From assembly GCA_947302485.1 (NCBI GenBank), contig CAMYVO010000003.1, positions 7,567 through 71,566 on the forward strand: a stretch of DNA of 64,000 nucleotides. The letters are read 5' to 3'. Below the pieces are notes generated by a model that saw only the letters and a list, made by a program, of their open reading frames with translations, was not told the DNA's origin and made no database searches. Position 1 is the stretch's first letter, and the number at the start of each line of letters is the position of its first letter. This DNA comes from an uncultured Clostridium sp. (GTDB lineage: Bacteria; Bacillota; Clostridia; TANB77; CAG-508). The position numbers were made by a program, and so were the translations under genes. Shown here piece by piece: positions 1 through 9,822 of the stretch.

Positions 1-2
1 GT

Positions 3-191
3 AAGAAAAGCAAATTCCAAGTTAAATATGCAGAAAGAATAGAGTCAATACAAAAGAGTGAAACAAAGAGGAAGCAAAATATAACAGAGCTAACAGAAGA
101 TAGAAAACGTTTGAAAGAATTAAAAAATAGAAGAAAAACTAACAAAAGAGAAAAGATACGAGGAAATAGTAAAAATAAAAGAAATAAATAG
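3..191 (+). CDS. 3' end of an upstream ORF (Lys/Arg/Glu-rich C-terminus), partial
   Basis: Frame is open from the window edge to TAG at 189-191. The composition is low-complexity K/E/R-rich. No family was recognised. Confidence 0.25.
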   Translation, partial: KKSKFQVKYAERIESIQKSETKRKQNITELTEDRKRLKELKNRRKTNKREKIRGNSKNKRNK

Positions 192-246
192 TAAAAAAAT
201 TTATAAATGAAAACTGAAGAAATAAATAAAAATTGGAGGAGTACTA

Positions 247-2265
247 ATGAAAATTAAGAAAAAAGATATGGAATTTTCGAATGCTATAACTAGAGAATGG
301 ATAATAACAAATGGAATAGGTGGATATGCTTCATCCACAATTTTAAATTGTAATACAAGAAAATATCATGGATTATTAGTTGCTCCACTTACACCTCCAG
401 CAAGACGATTTTTAATACTGTCAAAATTGGATGAGAGTATACAAATAGAAAACAATAATTATGATTTATATACAAATATTTGTCCTAATTATATTTCAAA
501 AGGTTACGAATATTTAGAGGAGTTTGAAAAAGAATACATACCAACTTTTACATATAAGGTAGAAGATATAAAAATAAAAAAACAGATATGTATGATATAT
601 GCTCATAATACAGTTTGTGTATACTATACCATTAAAAATGGGAAAAAGGCTTCAAAGCTAAAAATTGCTCCTGTATTAAATTATAGAGACTTTCATCAAA
701 TGAGTACAAATCATGTATTTGATGTAAAGCAAGATATTAATAAAACAAAAGTAAAAGTGATTATAGATAATCATTCAGAAACACCTATATATTTAAATCT
801 TACAGATGGGTGTTACGTAGAATATAAAAACGATATTTTTAAAAATATGTATTATACTGAGGAAGAAAAGAGAGGATTTTATCCTGAAGAAAACCATTCT
901 GTGGTCGGAAGATATGAAGTATATTTAAAACCAGATGAAGAAAAACAAATAACGTTCACATGCTCACTTGAAGATAATATAGAAGAAACAGATGGAAAGA
1001 AAGTAATTTCTGATGAAATTAAAAGGCTTAATAAAATAGTAAAGCAATCTGAACTTATGAATATTTGTCCAGAAAAAGAAATAAATGAAGACTTCATGAA
1101 AGACTATATTATTTCAACAGATCAATTTGTTGTATATAGGTCAAGTTCTAGACTACATACAATGATAGCAGGTTATCCATGGTTTTTAGACTGGGGAAGA
1201 GATGCACTTATTTCTTTTGAAGGAATTCTTTTAAAAACAAAAAGATATAAAATTGCAAAAGAGGTATTAAGAACTTTTACAAGAGATATTAAATTTGGAT
1301 TAGTGCCAAATGGATATTCTGGATTTGACAATAGACCGTTATATAACAGTGTAGATGCATCTTTGCTTTTATTTGAACAAATAAAAAAATATTTAAATTA
1401 TACAAAAGATGAAGATTTTGTATATGGAGAAATGTATCAATCGATGAAAGAAATCATCGAAGGATACAACAACGGAATTGATTTTGATGATAATAATATA
1501 TATTTAGACAAGGATTATTTATTAGTTTCTGGAACTGAATATACTCAAAACACATGGATGGATGCAAAATATGGAAATTACGCTGTAACTCCAAGAAATG
1601 GTAAAGCCGTTGAAATTAACAGTATGTGGTATAATGCTTTAAAAATCATGGCAGAATTTGCAATAAAACTTGAAGATGAAAAATTAGCTAAAAAATATAC
1701 AACTTTTGCAAACAAATGTAAAAAGAGCTTTTTTGATAATTTCTATAATCCCAAAAAGAAATGTTTATATGATGTAGTTGGAGATGATAAGATAAGACCG
1801 AATCAGCTATTTAGTTTATCACTTTCATATCCAGTAATTGATCCTTCATCTGATGTGGCAACTCAAATTCTTCAAACAGTTAAAAAGAAGTTATATAACA
1901 AATATGGATTAAAAACACTTGCTAAAGGTGAAAAAGAATATATAGATATTTATGAAGGAAATAGTTTTAAAAGGGATATGAGTTATCATCAAGGAATTAC
2001 TTGGTCATGGCTTTTAGGAATATATTATGATGTATTAAAGAATATAGAAAAAAAGACAAAGATAAAGGAAGACAAACAAAAAATTAAAGATGAAATAACT
2101 GAACTTGTAAATAATACAAAAAAAGTATTCTTGAAAGATTTTTATGAAAGAGGAATGATTGGAAGCATATCTGAGTTATATGATTCAAAAACCCCCTATT
2201 TACCTAAAGGAGCTCCTGCACAATGTTGGAGTATTGCAGAAATACTCAGAATAATTTGTGAGTAA
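247..2265 (+). CDS. glycogen debranching enzyme (amylo-alpha-1,6-glucosidase, GDE_C family)
   Basis: 672-aa ORF with GGAGG RBS upstream. Contains motifs typical of GDE_C (GYPWFLDWGRDALISFEGILL; QCWSIAE near the C-terminus). Confidence 0.75.
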   Translation: MKIKKKDMEFSNAITREWIITNGIGGYASSTILNCNTRKYHGLLVAPLTPPARRFLILSKLDESIQIENNNYDLYTNICPNYISKGYEYLEEFEKEYIPTFTYKVEDIKIKKQICMIYAHNTVCVYYTIKNGKKASKLKIAPVLNYRDFHQMSTNHVFDVKQDINKTKVKVIIDNHSETPIYLNLTDGCYVEYKNDIFKNMYYTEEEKRGFYPEENHSVVGRYEVYLKPDEEKQITFTCSLEDNIEETDGKKVISDEIKRLNKIVKQSELMNICPEKEINEDFMKDYIISTDQFVVYRSSSRLHTMIAGYPWFLDWGRDALISFEGILLKTKRYKIAKEVLRTFTRDIKFGLVPNGYSGFDNRPLYNSVDASLLLFEQIKKYLNYTKDEDFVYGEMYQSMKEIIEGYNNGIDFDDNNIYLDKDYLLVSGTEYTQNTWMDAKYGNYAVTPRNGKAVEINSMWYNALKIMAEFAIKLEDEKLAKKYTTFANKCKKSFFDNFYNPKKKCLYDVVGDDKIRPNQLFSLSLSYPVIDPSSDVATQILQTVKKKLYNKYGLKTLAKGEKEYIDIYEGNSFKRDMSYHQGITWSWLLGIYYDVLKNIEKKTKIKEDKQKIKDEITELVNNTKKVFLKDFYERGMIGSISELYDSKTPYLPKGAPAQCWSIAEILRIICE

Positions 2266-2327
2266 AATAAAAATCATCTCTCGCCTTTTTAAAAATTAAA
2301 TTATATGTATTAAATTAAAGGAGAAAT

Positions 2328-2813
2328 ATGCGTATTTTAGGAATAGATCCAGGTTTTGCAATAACTGGATATAGTATAATTGAGTATATTGGAAATAAAT
2401 TTAAATTGTTATCAAGTGGCGCAATAAAAACAGATGCGGGTGTGTCATTTCCATTAAGACTTTCTAAAATTTTTACAGATTTAAATGCAATAATTGATGA
2501 ATTTAATCCAGATGCTATTTCTGTAGAAGAGTTATTTTTTAACAATAATGCAAAGACAGCAATAAATGTTGCACAAGCAAGAGGTGTAATTTTAGTAGTA
2601 GGATGTCAAAGAAATATACCTACATTTGAATATACACCACTTCAAGTTAAGCAGGCTGTTGTGGGATATGGAAGAGCTGATAAAATTCAGGTACAAAAGA
2701 TGGTAAAAACTATATTAAAAGTAGAAAAGCTACCAAAGCTAGATGATATTACAGATAGTATGGCAATTGCAATTTGTCACGCACATTCTTCTAGATTTGC
2801 TCAAAAGATATAA
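2328..2813 (+). CDS. ruvC: crossover junction endodeoxyribonuclease RuvC
   Basis: 161 aa. N-terminus MRILGIDPG..TGY and the FEYTPLQVKQAVVGYGRADKIQVQKMV block align with E. coli RuvC. Preceded by an RBS. Confidence 0.9.
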   Translation: MRILGIDPGFAITGYSIIEYIGNKFKLLSSGAIKTDAGVSFPLRLSKIFTDLNAIIDEFNPDAISVEELFFNNNAKTAINVAQARGVILVVGCQRNIPTFEYTPLQVKQAVVGYGRADKIQVQKMVKTILKVEKLPKLDDITDSMAIAICHAHSSRFAQKI

Positions 2814-2827
2814 AAGAGGAGATATTA

Positions 2828-3847
2828 ATGACAATAGATGTACTTGAAAAAGAATTAAAAGAAAATAAATTAAATAGTATATATTTGCTTTATGGAGAAG
2901 AGCAATTTTTAATAGAGAGTGTTTTAAAGAAAATTAAAAAGATTTTTGGAGAACTTTTAACTGGAATAAATTATATTCAAATTGATGAAACAAATGTTGA
3001 TAATTTAATTTCTGATATTCAAACACCTGCATTTGGATATGAAAAAAAATTAATAATTATAAAAAATTCTGGACTTTTAAAAAAAGAAGGTAAAAAGAAA
3101 AATCAAAAGATGCAGGAGCTAAAAGCAAAACTTAACGAATATATTACAGAAAATATAGACCAAATTAAGGAAACAACGATATTAGTGTTTTTAGAAGATA
3201 CAGTTGAAAAACAAAATTTATATAAAACAATAGATAAAAGCGGAATTGTTTGTGAATTTACACCATTAAAACTAGCCAATTTAATGAAAAGGATAAAGGC
3301 AATTTGTAATGCATATAAGGTAAATATTGATGATAGTACATTAAGATATTTTATAGAAGCATGTGGAACTAATATGCAAGATTTAATAAATGAGATACGA
3401 AAATTAATTGAATATTCAGGAGAAAATGAAACAATTACAAAAGAAGCAGTAGATTTGTTATGTATAAAACAGATTAATAGCATAATTTTTGATTTAACAG
3501 ATAATTTAGGAAAAAAGAATGTAAAGGAAGCAATAAATGTTCTACATAACTTAATTTACACAAAAGAGCCAATACAAAAAATTTTAATTACATTATATAA
3601 TCACTTTAAAAAATTGTATATTGTAAAATTATCAGAAAAATATAACAGAAATTTAGCAGAAAGCTTAAATTTAAAACCAAACCAGATGTTTTTAACAGGT
3701 AAATATAAAACACAATCAAATTATTTTAAAGAAGATGAACTAAGGAAGATTATAGAAGAACTCGCAGACTTAGACTATAACTATAAATCAGGTAAAATTG
3801 ATTTAAATATTGGAATTGAATCAATTTTATGTAGATATTGTGGATAA
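2828..3847 (+). CDS. holA: DNA polymerase III delta subunit (HolA)
   Basis: 339 aa. N-terminal YLLYGEEQFLIE motif typical of the delta subunit. gpr follows directly, as in clostridial holA-gpr synteny. Confidence 0.65.
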   Translation: MTIDVLEKELKENKLNSIYLLYGEEQFLIESVLKKIKKIFGELLTGINYIQIDETNVDNLISDIQTPAFGYEKKLIIIKNSGLLKKEGKKKNQKMQELKAKLNEYITENIDQIKETTILVFLEDTVEKQNLYKTIDKSGIVCEFTPLKLANLMKRIKAICNAYKVNIDDSTLRYFIEACGTNMQDLINEIRKLIEYSGENETITKEAVDLLCIKQINSIIFDLTDNLGKKNVKEAINVLHNLIYTKEPIQKILITLYNHFKKLYIVKLSEKYNRNLAESLNLKPNQMFLTGKYKTQSNYFKEDELRKIIEELADLDYNYKSGKIDLNIGIESILCRYCG

Positions 3848-3852
3848 ACAAA

Positions 3853-3895
3853 AAGTATGTTGTGATTAATATTAATAACAACATACTTTTTGTTT
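3853..3895 (+). terminator. rho-independent terminator after holA
   Basis: 14-bp inverted repeat AAAAAGTATGTTGT ... ACAACATACTTTTT followed by GTTT. Confidence 0.6.
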
Positions 3896-3963
3896 ATATA
3901 AATGAATTATATATAGAATAAAAAAATTAAATTTGCAAAAGATACCAATAAGGAGTGGTGATA

Positions 3964-4899
3964 ATGTATAATTTTAGAACAGATTTAGCAGATGAAAGAA
4001 GAGATATCTATAAAAAAGCGAATAATTTACAATATGAAATAGAAGGCGTTGAAACAGAAGAAAGACAAGAAAATGAAAATATTAAAGTAACAAGAGTTAA
4101 AATAACAAATGATGCAGGTTCACAAGTTCTTGGAAAACCAGTAGGAACATATACAACAATAGATGTTAAAAATCTTAAAATTGCAAATGATGAAGAGATA
4201 CAAAAAGCATCAGAAGTATTAACAGATGAATTAAAAAAGTTAATAAGTATTCATATACAAAATGAAGATGATGTATTAGTTGTAGGACTTGGTAATCAAT
4301 TTGTTACACCTGATTCTTTAGGTCCAAAAGTAACAAATGAAATAGAAGTGACTAGGCATCTTTTAAAATATGCTCCACAGTATGTAACTCCAGGAACAAG
4401 ACCAATTAGTGCAGTTTCGCCAGGAGTACTTGGTACAACCGGAATAGAAACACTTGAAATTTTAAAAGGAATTGTAAATGAAGTTAAACCTAAACTATTA
4501 ATTGTAATAGATGCATTAGCTTCTAGAAGTATAGAAAGGATTAGTAGTACAGTACAACTTGCAGATACAGGAATTGTTCCTGGAGCAGGTGTAGGAAATA
4601 CAAGAAAAGAATTAAGCAAAGAGACTTTAGGTATAGATGTTATTGCAATTGGCATTCCAACAGTCGTTGAACTTGCAACTATAGTATCAGAAGGAATTGA
4701 TATATTTATTTCAAGACTTCAAGACAAATCAGAATCAAATGAAAAATTAAATGAGATAAAAAACAAAGATAATTACGAAGAAGTAAAAGAAGCGCTAAAT
4801 GTAGGAGATTATAATATGATTGTTACACCAAAGGAGATAGATACTTTAATAGAAAATATGAAAGATATTGTAGCACGTGGACTTAATTTTGCACTATAA
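3964..4899 (+). CDS. gpr: germination protease Gpr (spore endopeptidase)
   Basis: N-terminal YNFRTDLADE matches the conserved Gpr start (RTDLA.E). Length is about 310 aa. Start chosen at ATG 3964, 9 nt after the AAGGAG RBS. Confidence 0.75.
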   Translation: MYNFRTDLADERRDIYKKANNLQYEIEGVETEERQENENIKVTRVKITNDAGSQVLGKPVGTYTTIDVKNLKIANDEEIQKASEVLTDELKKLISIHIQNEDDVLVVGLGNQFVTPDSLGPKVTNEIEVTRHLLKYAPQYVTPGTRPISAVSPGVLGTTGIETLEILKGIVNEVKPKLLIVIDALASRSIERISSTVQLADTGIVPGAGVGNTRKELSKETLGIDVIAIGIPTVVELATIVSEGIDIFISRLQDKSESNEKLNEIKNKDNYEEVKEALNVGDYNMIVTPKEIDTLIENMKDIVARGLNFAL

Positions 4900-4904
4900 A
4901 AATA

Positions 4905-4927
4905 AGCGTTGGGGCAATCATCCAACG
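4905..4927. terminator. bidirectional terminator hairpin between convergent genes
   Basis: AGCGTTGG-9 nt loop-CCAACGCT, T-rich on both sides. Sits between the gpr stop (4899) and the stop of the minus-strand ORF (4938). Confidence 0.5.
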
Positions 4928-4937
4928 CTAAAATTAT

Positions 4938-5147
4938 TTATTTGATTTCATCGTCACCGACGAAATCAATATCTACCCCTACATCAGTGGAGAAATTCTC
5001 TTTGTTAAGGATCATAGCTTGACAAAGAAAATCTTGAAATCGGAAGATTCCACCGTGAGGAAGATATCCTTCCAATATTTTTGCGTTTACTTTTTTTTCT
5101 AAATCAGATATAAAAGTTGCAAGTAAAATGATATATTGCTTTTTCAT
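4938..5147 (-). CDS. small hypothetical protein (69 aa)
   Basis: ORF whose stop faces a terminator. No family recognised. Confidence 0.35.
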   Translation of the reverse strand: MKKQYIILLATFISDLEKKVNAKILEGYLPHGGIFRFQDFLCQAMILNKENFSTDVGVDIDFVGDDEIK

Positions 5148-5315
5148 TGTTCATACCTCCATGAAGTTTTTTGATTGCCTAAGATACAAGATCTATGTAT
5201 ATATTATATCATATTTTACATAAAATAGCAAAAAGGAGGAAAATATTGCTTTTATAAATTAAGGGGAGAGCAATGCTTGCCTGAATTTAATGAAATGTTT
5301 TAATACATATAAAAT

Positions 5316-5984
5316 CTATATATATTTATTAATCAAAAACAAAACCAATAAATGCAATGGATATAACAGGTATAAAAAATACTTAAAACTTTTTCCTTTT
5401 TTACCGTTATATAAAAGAATAGGTAGGATAGGTAATATCGTGAAAATGCATAAAATAATATATTTATAATAAAAATTATATTTAATTAAATTTGGTAAAT
5501 AATTTAATATACATGCTGTTATATAACAAATAGACATTAGTGCTTTTTTATTTTTAAAAATAGAAAAAATTAAAATAATTATAATAGCAAAAGGTGCATA
5601 TGCGAGTTTAATATAACAAGAAATAATTGCAATTAGAATTATTAATGCAAAACTTATAAATTTATTTTTTTGTTTATCATAAATGATAAGACAAAGAAGT
5701 GATATACAAAATGTAAATATCACATTAAAGCTAAATTCTTTTCCTATACTAAATTCATATAGCATAAAAGGAATTTGAGAAATAACAGCAAAAGTAAATA
5801 GACGAAATAAATATTTTTTAACATCTCTTGTATGGGTGTAGCCCTCTGAAATCTGAAATGCAAACAATGGCATTGAAATTCTACCTATATAATTAAAATA
5901 TGAAAAACCATTAAAGATAATATATCCAGAATGGTCAAATAGCATTGTAACAACTGCTATAATTTTTAAAATAAAACTTGACAT
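5316..5984 (-). CDS. TraX family membrane protein
   Basis: Polytopic membrane ORF. N-terminus MSSFILKIIAVVTMLFDHSGY resembles the TraX family signature. Start set at ATG 5984 downstream of AGGTGAG; the ORF-track GTG at 5996 lies inside the RBS. Confidence 0.6.
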   Translation of the reverse strand: MSSFILKIIAVVTMLFDHSGYIIFNGFSYFNYIGRISMPLFAFQISEGYTHTRDVKKYLFRLFTFAVISQIPFMLYEFSIGKEFSFNVIFTFCISLLCLIIYDKQKNKFISFALIILIAIISCYIKLAYAPFAIIIILIFSIFKNKKALMSICYITACILNYLPNLIKYNFYYKYIILCIFTILPILPILLYNGKKGKSFKYFLYLLYPLHLLVLFLINKYI

Positions 5985-6083
5985 ATTAATTCTCACCTAA
6001 GAATTATTATATATTAAAATTAATAGAAGAGCAATCAAATAATTCTAAATATTATTAAGATAGAGATTATACATGCTAAAAAA

Positions 6084-6935
6084 CTATTTATTTATCTTAC
6101 TATTCAATTTATAAATAGAACAAATATTACAATCATTACAAATTTTTATTCTATCCTCAAAAATTAACTTTAATGTATCAATAAATTCATCTGAATAATT
6201 ATTAATCAAATGAATTGTTATTTTACTAGGTAGTATACTAAGAAGAGTATTTAATGCATAATCATTGGAAGAAAATGTAATATCAGATAAATACTTAGCA
6301 TTTAAAATATTATCTTTTGTAGAAATGATTTTTTTATCTTTATCAACTAATATAGAAGTATTGTTACTATATATAAGATGAACTTCATCTGAAAATTCAC
6401 TTGTTTTACTATTAACATATATCTTAAGTATATTTATAAACTCGTCATATTCTCTTTCAATTAAAAACTTATTAACAGCTGTATCTATAATTTCATCTAA
6501 AAATGAAATATATTCTTTTAATCTAAAATTAACAAAACCAGATAAAACAAAAGATGTATTTTCTTCCAAAAATTCTTTAATGCAATTATATAAAATATCT
6601 TTTTTTTCAATGCTTTCTTCAGGAGAATTTAATAAATTAATACAATTTTCATATATTCTATTTTGTTCATCTTTGGAAAAATAAAAATAATTATATGAGA
6701 TAATATGTTTTATTAATTTAGGTTCAAAAAATAAAATAATACAGTTAGTAAGAATATTACATATAGACTTATAGAAAAGAGAATCATCATTTCCTATATA
6801 GTGAATTATAATATTTTCATAAATCTTAAATTTCTTATTTGACATATAAATATGTTCAGTACCAACAGCAATAACTTGATTTAGCAGATAATTAATGATT
6901 TGCTTATTATTTGTTTTAATGCAAATGGATTTCAT
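6084..6935 (-). CDS. hypothetical protein, possibly YtxC-like sporulation protein
   Basis: 283 aa. The central FVLSGFVNFRLKEYISFLDEIIDTAVNKFLIEREYDEFINILKIYV resembles the YtxC family core as I recall it. Similarity is weak. Confidence 0.35.
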   Translation of the reverse strand: MKSICIKTNNKQIINYLLNQVIAVGTEHIYMSNKKFKIYENIIIHYIGNDDSLFYKSICNILTNCIILFFEPKLIKHIISYNYFYFSKDEQNRIYENCINLLNSPEESIEKKDILYNCIKEFLEENTSFVLSGFVNFRLKEYISFLDEIIDTAVNKFLIEREYDEFINILKIYVNSKTSEFSDEVHLIYSNNTSILVDKDKKIISTKDNILNAKYLSDITFSSNDYALNTLLSILPSKITIHLINNYSDEFIDTLKLIFEDRIKICNDCNICSIYKLNSKINK

Positions 6936-7054
6936 GAACGTGAAATTCTCCTTTCATATATGTATTATTATCTACTAAAAACTTACAGATATACATTATT
7001 TTATTCAACCTAGAATAGATGTGAAACTTGTATATAAAAAAAGCATAGATAAAT

Positions 7055-7090
7055 AAAAAGCAAAGAATTTTTAAAAACTCTTTGCTTTTT
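7055..7090 (-). terminator. terminator hairpin immediately 3' of the GH57 gene
   Basis: AAAAAGCAAAGA-12 nt-TCTTTGCTTTTT. It starts 3 nt past the minus-strand stop at 7093. Confidence 0.45.
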
Positions 7091-7092
7091 GT

Positions 7093-8676
7093 TTATCTAT
7101 AAATCATATAATCAATATCAGGGAAAATTTCATCTTTTTTCATGATATCGGTTAAAAATTCTTTATCAATATTATCTTTTTTAATTTGATAGTAAAGTTT
7201 TGTAAAACGTCCAATATGGTCTTTAATTCTTTTTTTAGCATAGTCAACCATTGTTCCATTAGTTATAATAAACAACCAATCACTACTTTGAGCAAGTAGT
7301 AGCTCTCTTGCACATTGGTTTAATGCTTTTTTTCTTAAAGCATTTTTTTCATTTTGAAACAGATTAGCAAGTTCTACCATTCTATCTCCAGCTACATGTA
7401 AATGCCTATGTACATAATCATTAGTTTGATTTAGCCATACACCACTATAGCCATTAGCACCCCAACTTGAACGACAAGGAGTAGAAACTTGAATATTAGG
7501 AAATTTATCTATATATTCACTAGGAGTTATAAGTTCAAAATCGCATTTATCATAATATATTTTTTTAAATAAAATATATAACCAGTAGGGACCTTCATAC
7601 CACCAGTGACCATAAAGTTCAGCATCATAAGGACATAAAATAATAGGTGGAACATCCATAATATTTGAAAGCTCAGAAATTTGATTCTGCCTTGAATCAA
7701 AGAAGTGACCAGCTTGTCTTTCAGCAGAATCTTTTGCCCACTGCACGTTATAATAGTCTTTAAATTCAGTATCTCCAGTGATTCTATGATATTTAATTCC
7801 AGTATTAACTCTGGCTCCATTATGTGCAATATATGGTTTAATATATTCATAATCAGCATCATATCCAATATCACGATAAAATTCACGATAGTTATAGTCA
7901 CCTGGATAGCCATTTATTGAACTCCAAACTTGCCTAGAAGATTCCATATCACGTCCAAAAGCAATAACGCCTTCTTCAGATACAATAGGAGCATATGTTC
8001 CATAAACAGGAGTTGGATTTGCATATAAAATACCATGAGATTCTGTTATTATATATTCAATACCAAATTCTTTTAAATATTTATCAGCCTCAGGTACATA
8101 ACCACATTCAGGAAGCCAAATGCCATGAGGTTTCTTACCAAAGTATTTTTCATATGTTTGTACTCCAACTGCTATTTGTGCTTTTACAGTATTTTCATTA
8201 ACATATAAAATAGGAAAGTAACCATGTGTTGCACCACAAGTTATAATTTCAAGTACTCCAATATCTTGAAAATGTTTAAAACCTTGTATTAAGTTACAGT
8301 TATATATATCTTTAAAAACATGTAAGTCATTAGAATAACGATCTAAATAATAGTGAGAAAGTTCATTTAACCTAGAATCTCCGACTGTTCTTTTAACTTC
8401 TTTTTTGCATAATTCAATATGCTTTTTTAAATAATTTATATATTTTTTTTGTAATAATTTGCTATCCAACATAGAAAGAAGAGGAGGTGTAAGAGACATT
8501 GTAATTCTATAATCCACCTTCTCTTCTTCTAATTTTTTAAAATTTAAAAGTAAGGGAATATATGTTTCAGAAATGGCTTCAAAAAGCCATTCTTCTTCTA
8601 AATAATTATCACTTTCTGGATGATGCACAAAAGGAAGATGTGCATGCAATACAAAACTTACATATCCTTTAGTCAT
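7093..8676 (-). CDS. glycoside hydrolase family 57 (alpha-glucan branching enzyme / amylopullulanase-like)
   Basis: 527 aa. N-terminal FVLHAHLPFVHHPE is the GH57 signature. Paired with a DUF4912 gene, as commonly seen. Confidence 0.75.
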   Translation of the reverse strand: MTKGYVSFVLHAHLPFVHHPESDNYLEEEWLFEAISETYIPLLLNFKKLEEEKVDYRITMSLTPPLLSMLDSKLLQKKYINYLKKHIELCKKEVKRTVGDSRLNELSHYYLDRYSNDLHVFKDIYNCNLIQGFKHFQDIGVLEIITCGATHGYFPILYVNENTVKAQIAVGVQTYEKYFGKKPHGIWLPECGYVPEADKYLKEFGIEYIITESHGILYANPTPVYGTYAPIVSEEGVIAFGRDMESSRQVWSSINGYPGDYNYREFYRDIGYDADYEYIKPYIAHNGARVNTGIKYHRITGDTEFKDYYNVQWAKDSAERQAGHFFDSRQNQISELSNIMDVPPIILCPYDAELYGHWWYEGPYWLYILFKKIYYDKCDFELITPSEYIDKFPNIQVSTPCRSSWGANGYSGVWLNQTNDYVHRHLHVAGDRMVELANLFQNEKNALRKKALNQCARELLLAQSSDWLFIITNGTMVDYAKKRIKDHIGRFTKLYYQIKKDNIDKEFLTDIMKKDEIFPDIDYMIYR

Positions 8677-8690
8677 TAGTTTTTACTCCT

Positions 8691-9653
8691 TTATTTAAAA
8701 CTTGAAATACTGCCAGAAGATGGGTTATTAATATCTGAATTTTCAATAGATTCTAAACCATCTTTATATAGTAATTTATATAAATCATGTAAATTATATA
8801 TTTTTGACATGTTAGGTATAAAGGATGCTATTGACTTATTAAATGTTTTATTATTTTTTACATTACGATATTTTACCAAACCATCTTTATTTAAACTATT
8901 GAATAAAATATGATTGTTAGGAGTATCCATATTATTTGAATAAGTAATATGGATATATGTTGCAAAGTTATTATCTTTAGGGCGTCTACCAAGTTCCATA
9001 CTGTATTTACAATTTGGATCATTTACATGTAAGTACCAACAATTGGCAAAATCATTTATTTCAATCTCGTAAGTGTAATTCATTGTTTCATTATGTATTA
9101 CTAAAACTGGTTTTGTAGTTTCAAAAAAGTTTTCGCCATACTTAGATATATAAAAATTTCTGTCATCATCAGAAATATCCCAATAAACAAATAAGGTCGT
9201 TGGAGTTTGAGCCAAAAGCTTTACAACAGTTTGATTATATCTATAAGGTAAATCATAGTATTCTAAAACATATACAGATTCTTTTTTAGTTTGTTTAGTT
9301 ACTTTTGTTTTAGAGGGAGCTGTTTTCTTAGCAACAGTAGAACTTTTTGTAGTTTTAGATGCTTTTGCTGTAGTAGAAGTAGCTCTTTTTGATTTAGAAG
9401 TAGAAGTTTTCTTTTTTGTAGAAGTAACTTTTTTAGTAGATTTAGTTTTAGAAGTGGTACTAGTACTAGACTTATTATTATTAATCTTTTTTACTTTATC
9501 ATTTTTAGAAGTTGTTTTTTTATTCTCAGATTTTGTTTTACTGGTTTCTTTTTTAGAAGAAGTTGTTTTCTTCTTAGCAGTAGATTTTTTAGCTACAACA
9601 TTATTGCTTTCAGTTTTTTTGTTTTTTTCTGTTTCTTTAGTAGATCTTGGCAT
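8691..9653 (-). CDS. DUF4912 domain protein with a Lys/Ser/Thr-rich disordered N-terminus
   Basis: A conserved C-terminal domain follows about 120 aa of low-complexity K/S/T repeats. Start set at ATG 9653 (MPRSTKE), 4 nt after a GGAGGAAA RBS; the ORF-track start at 9704 overlaps the RBS. Confidence 0.55.
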   Translation of the reverse strand: MPRSTKETEKNKKTESNNVVAKKSTAKKKTTSSKKETSKTKSENKKTTSKNDKVKKINNNKSSTSTTSKTKSTKKVTSTKKKTSTSKSKRATSTTAKASKTTKSSTVAKKTAPSKTKVTKQTKKESVYVLEYYDLPYRYNQTVVKLLAQTPTTLFVYWDISDDDRNFYISKYGENFFETTKPVLVIHNETMNYTYEIEINDFANCWYLHVNDPNCKYSMELGRRPKDNNFATYIHITYSNNMDTPNNHILFNSLNKDGLVKYRNVKNNKTFNKSIASFIPNMSKIYNLHDLYKLLYKDGLESIENSDINNPSSGSISSFK

Positions 9654-9822
9654 GATTTCCTCCTTAGTAAAATATAGTACATCATTATCAATATAGTATA
9701 TCAAAATATAATTAAATTCAAGTGAAAATGGAAGAAAAATATAGAATTTTGAAAAAAGGTTGCAAAATTGTATATTATGAATATATAATATACAAAGAAG
9801 ATGTTTCTAAGGAGGAATTACT

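Noticed and set aside
8691-9704. Longer ORF-track starts (9704 for DUF4912; also 20240, 33731, 36527, 42095, 47032, 49276, 50862, 56913, 5996, 3955, 12662)
   Set aside because: In each case the upstream extension overlaps or contains the Shine-Dalgarno sequence, and a downstream ATG has correct 6-10 nt RBS spacing. Starts were moved accordingly.
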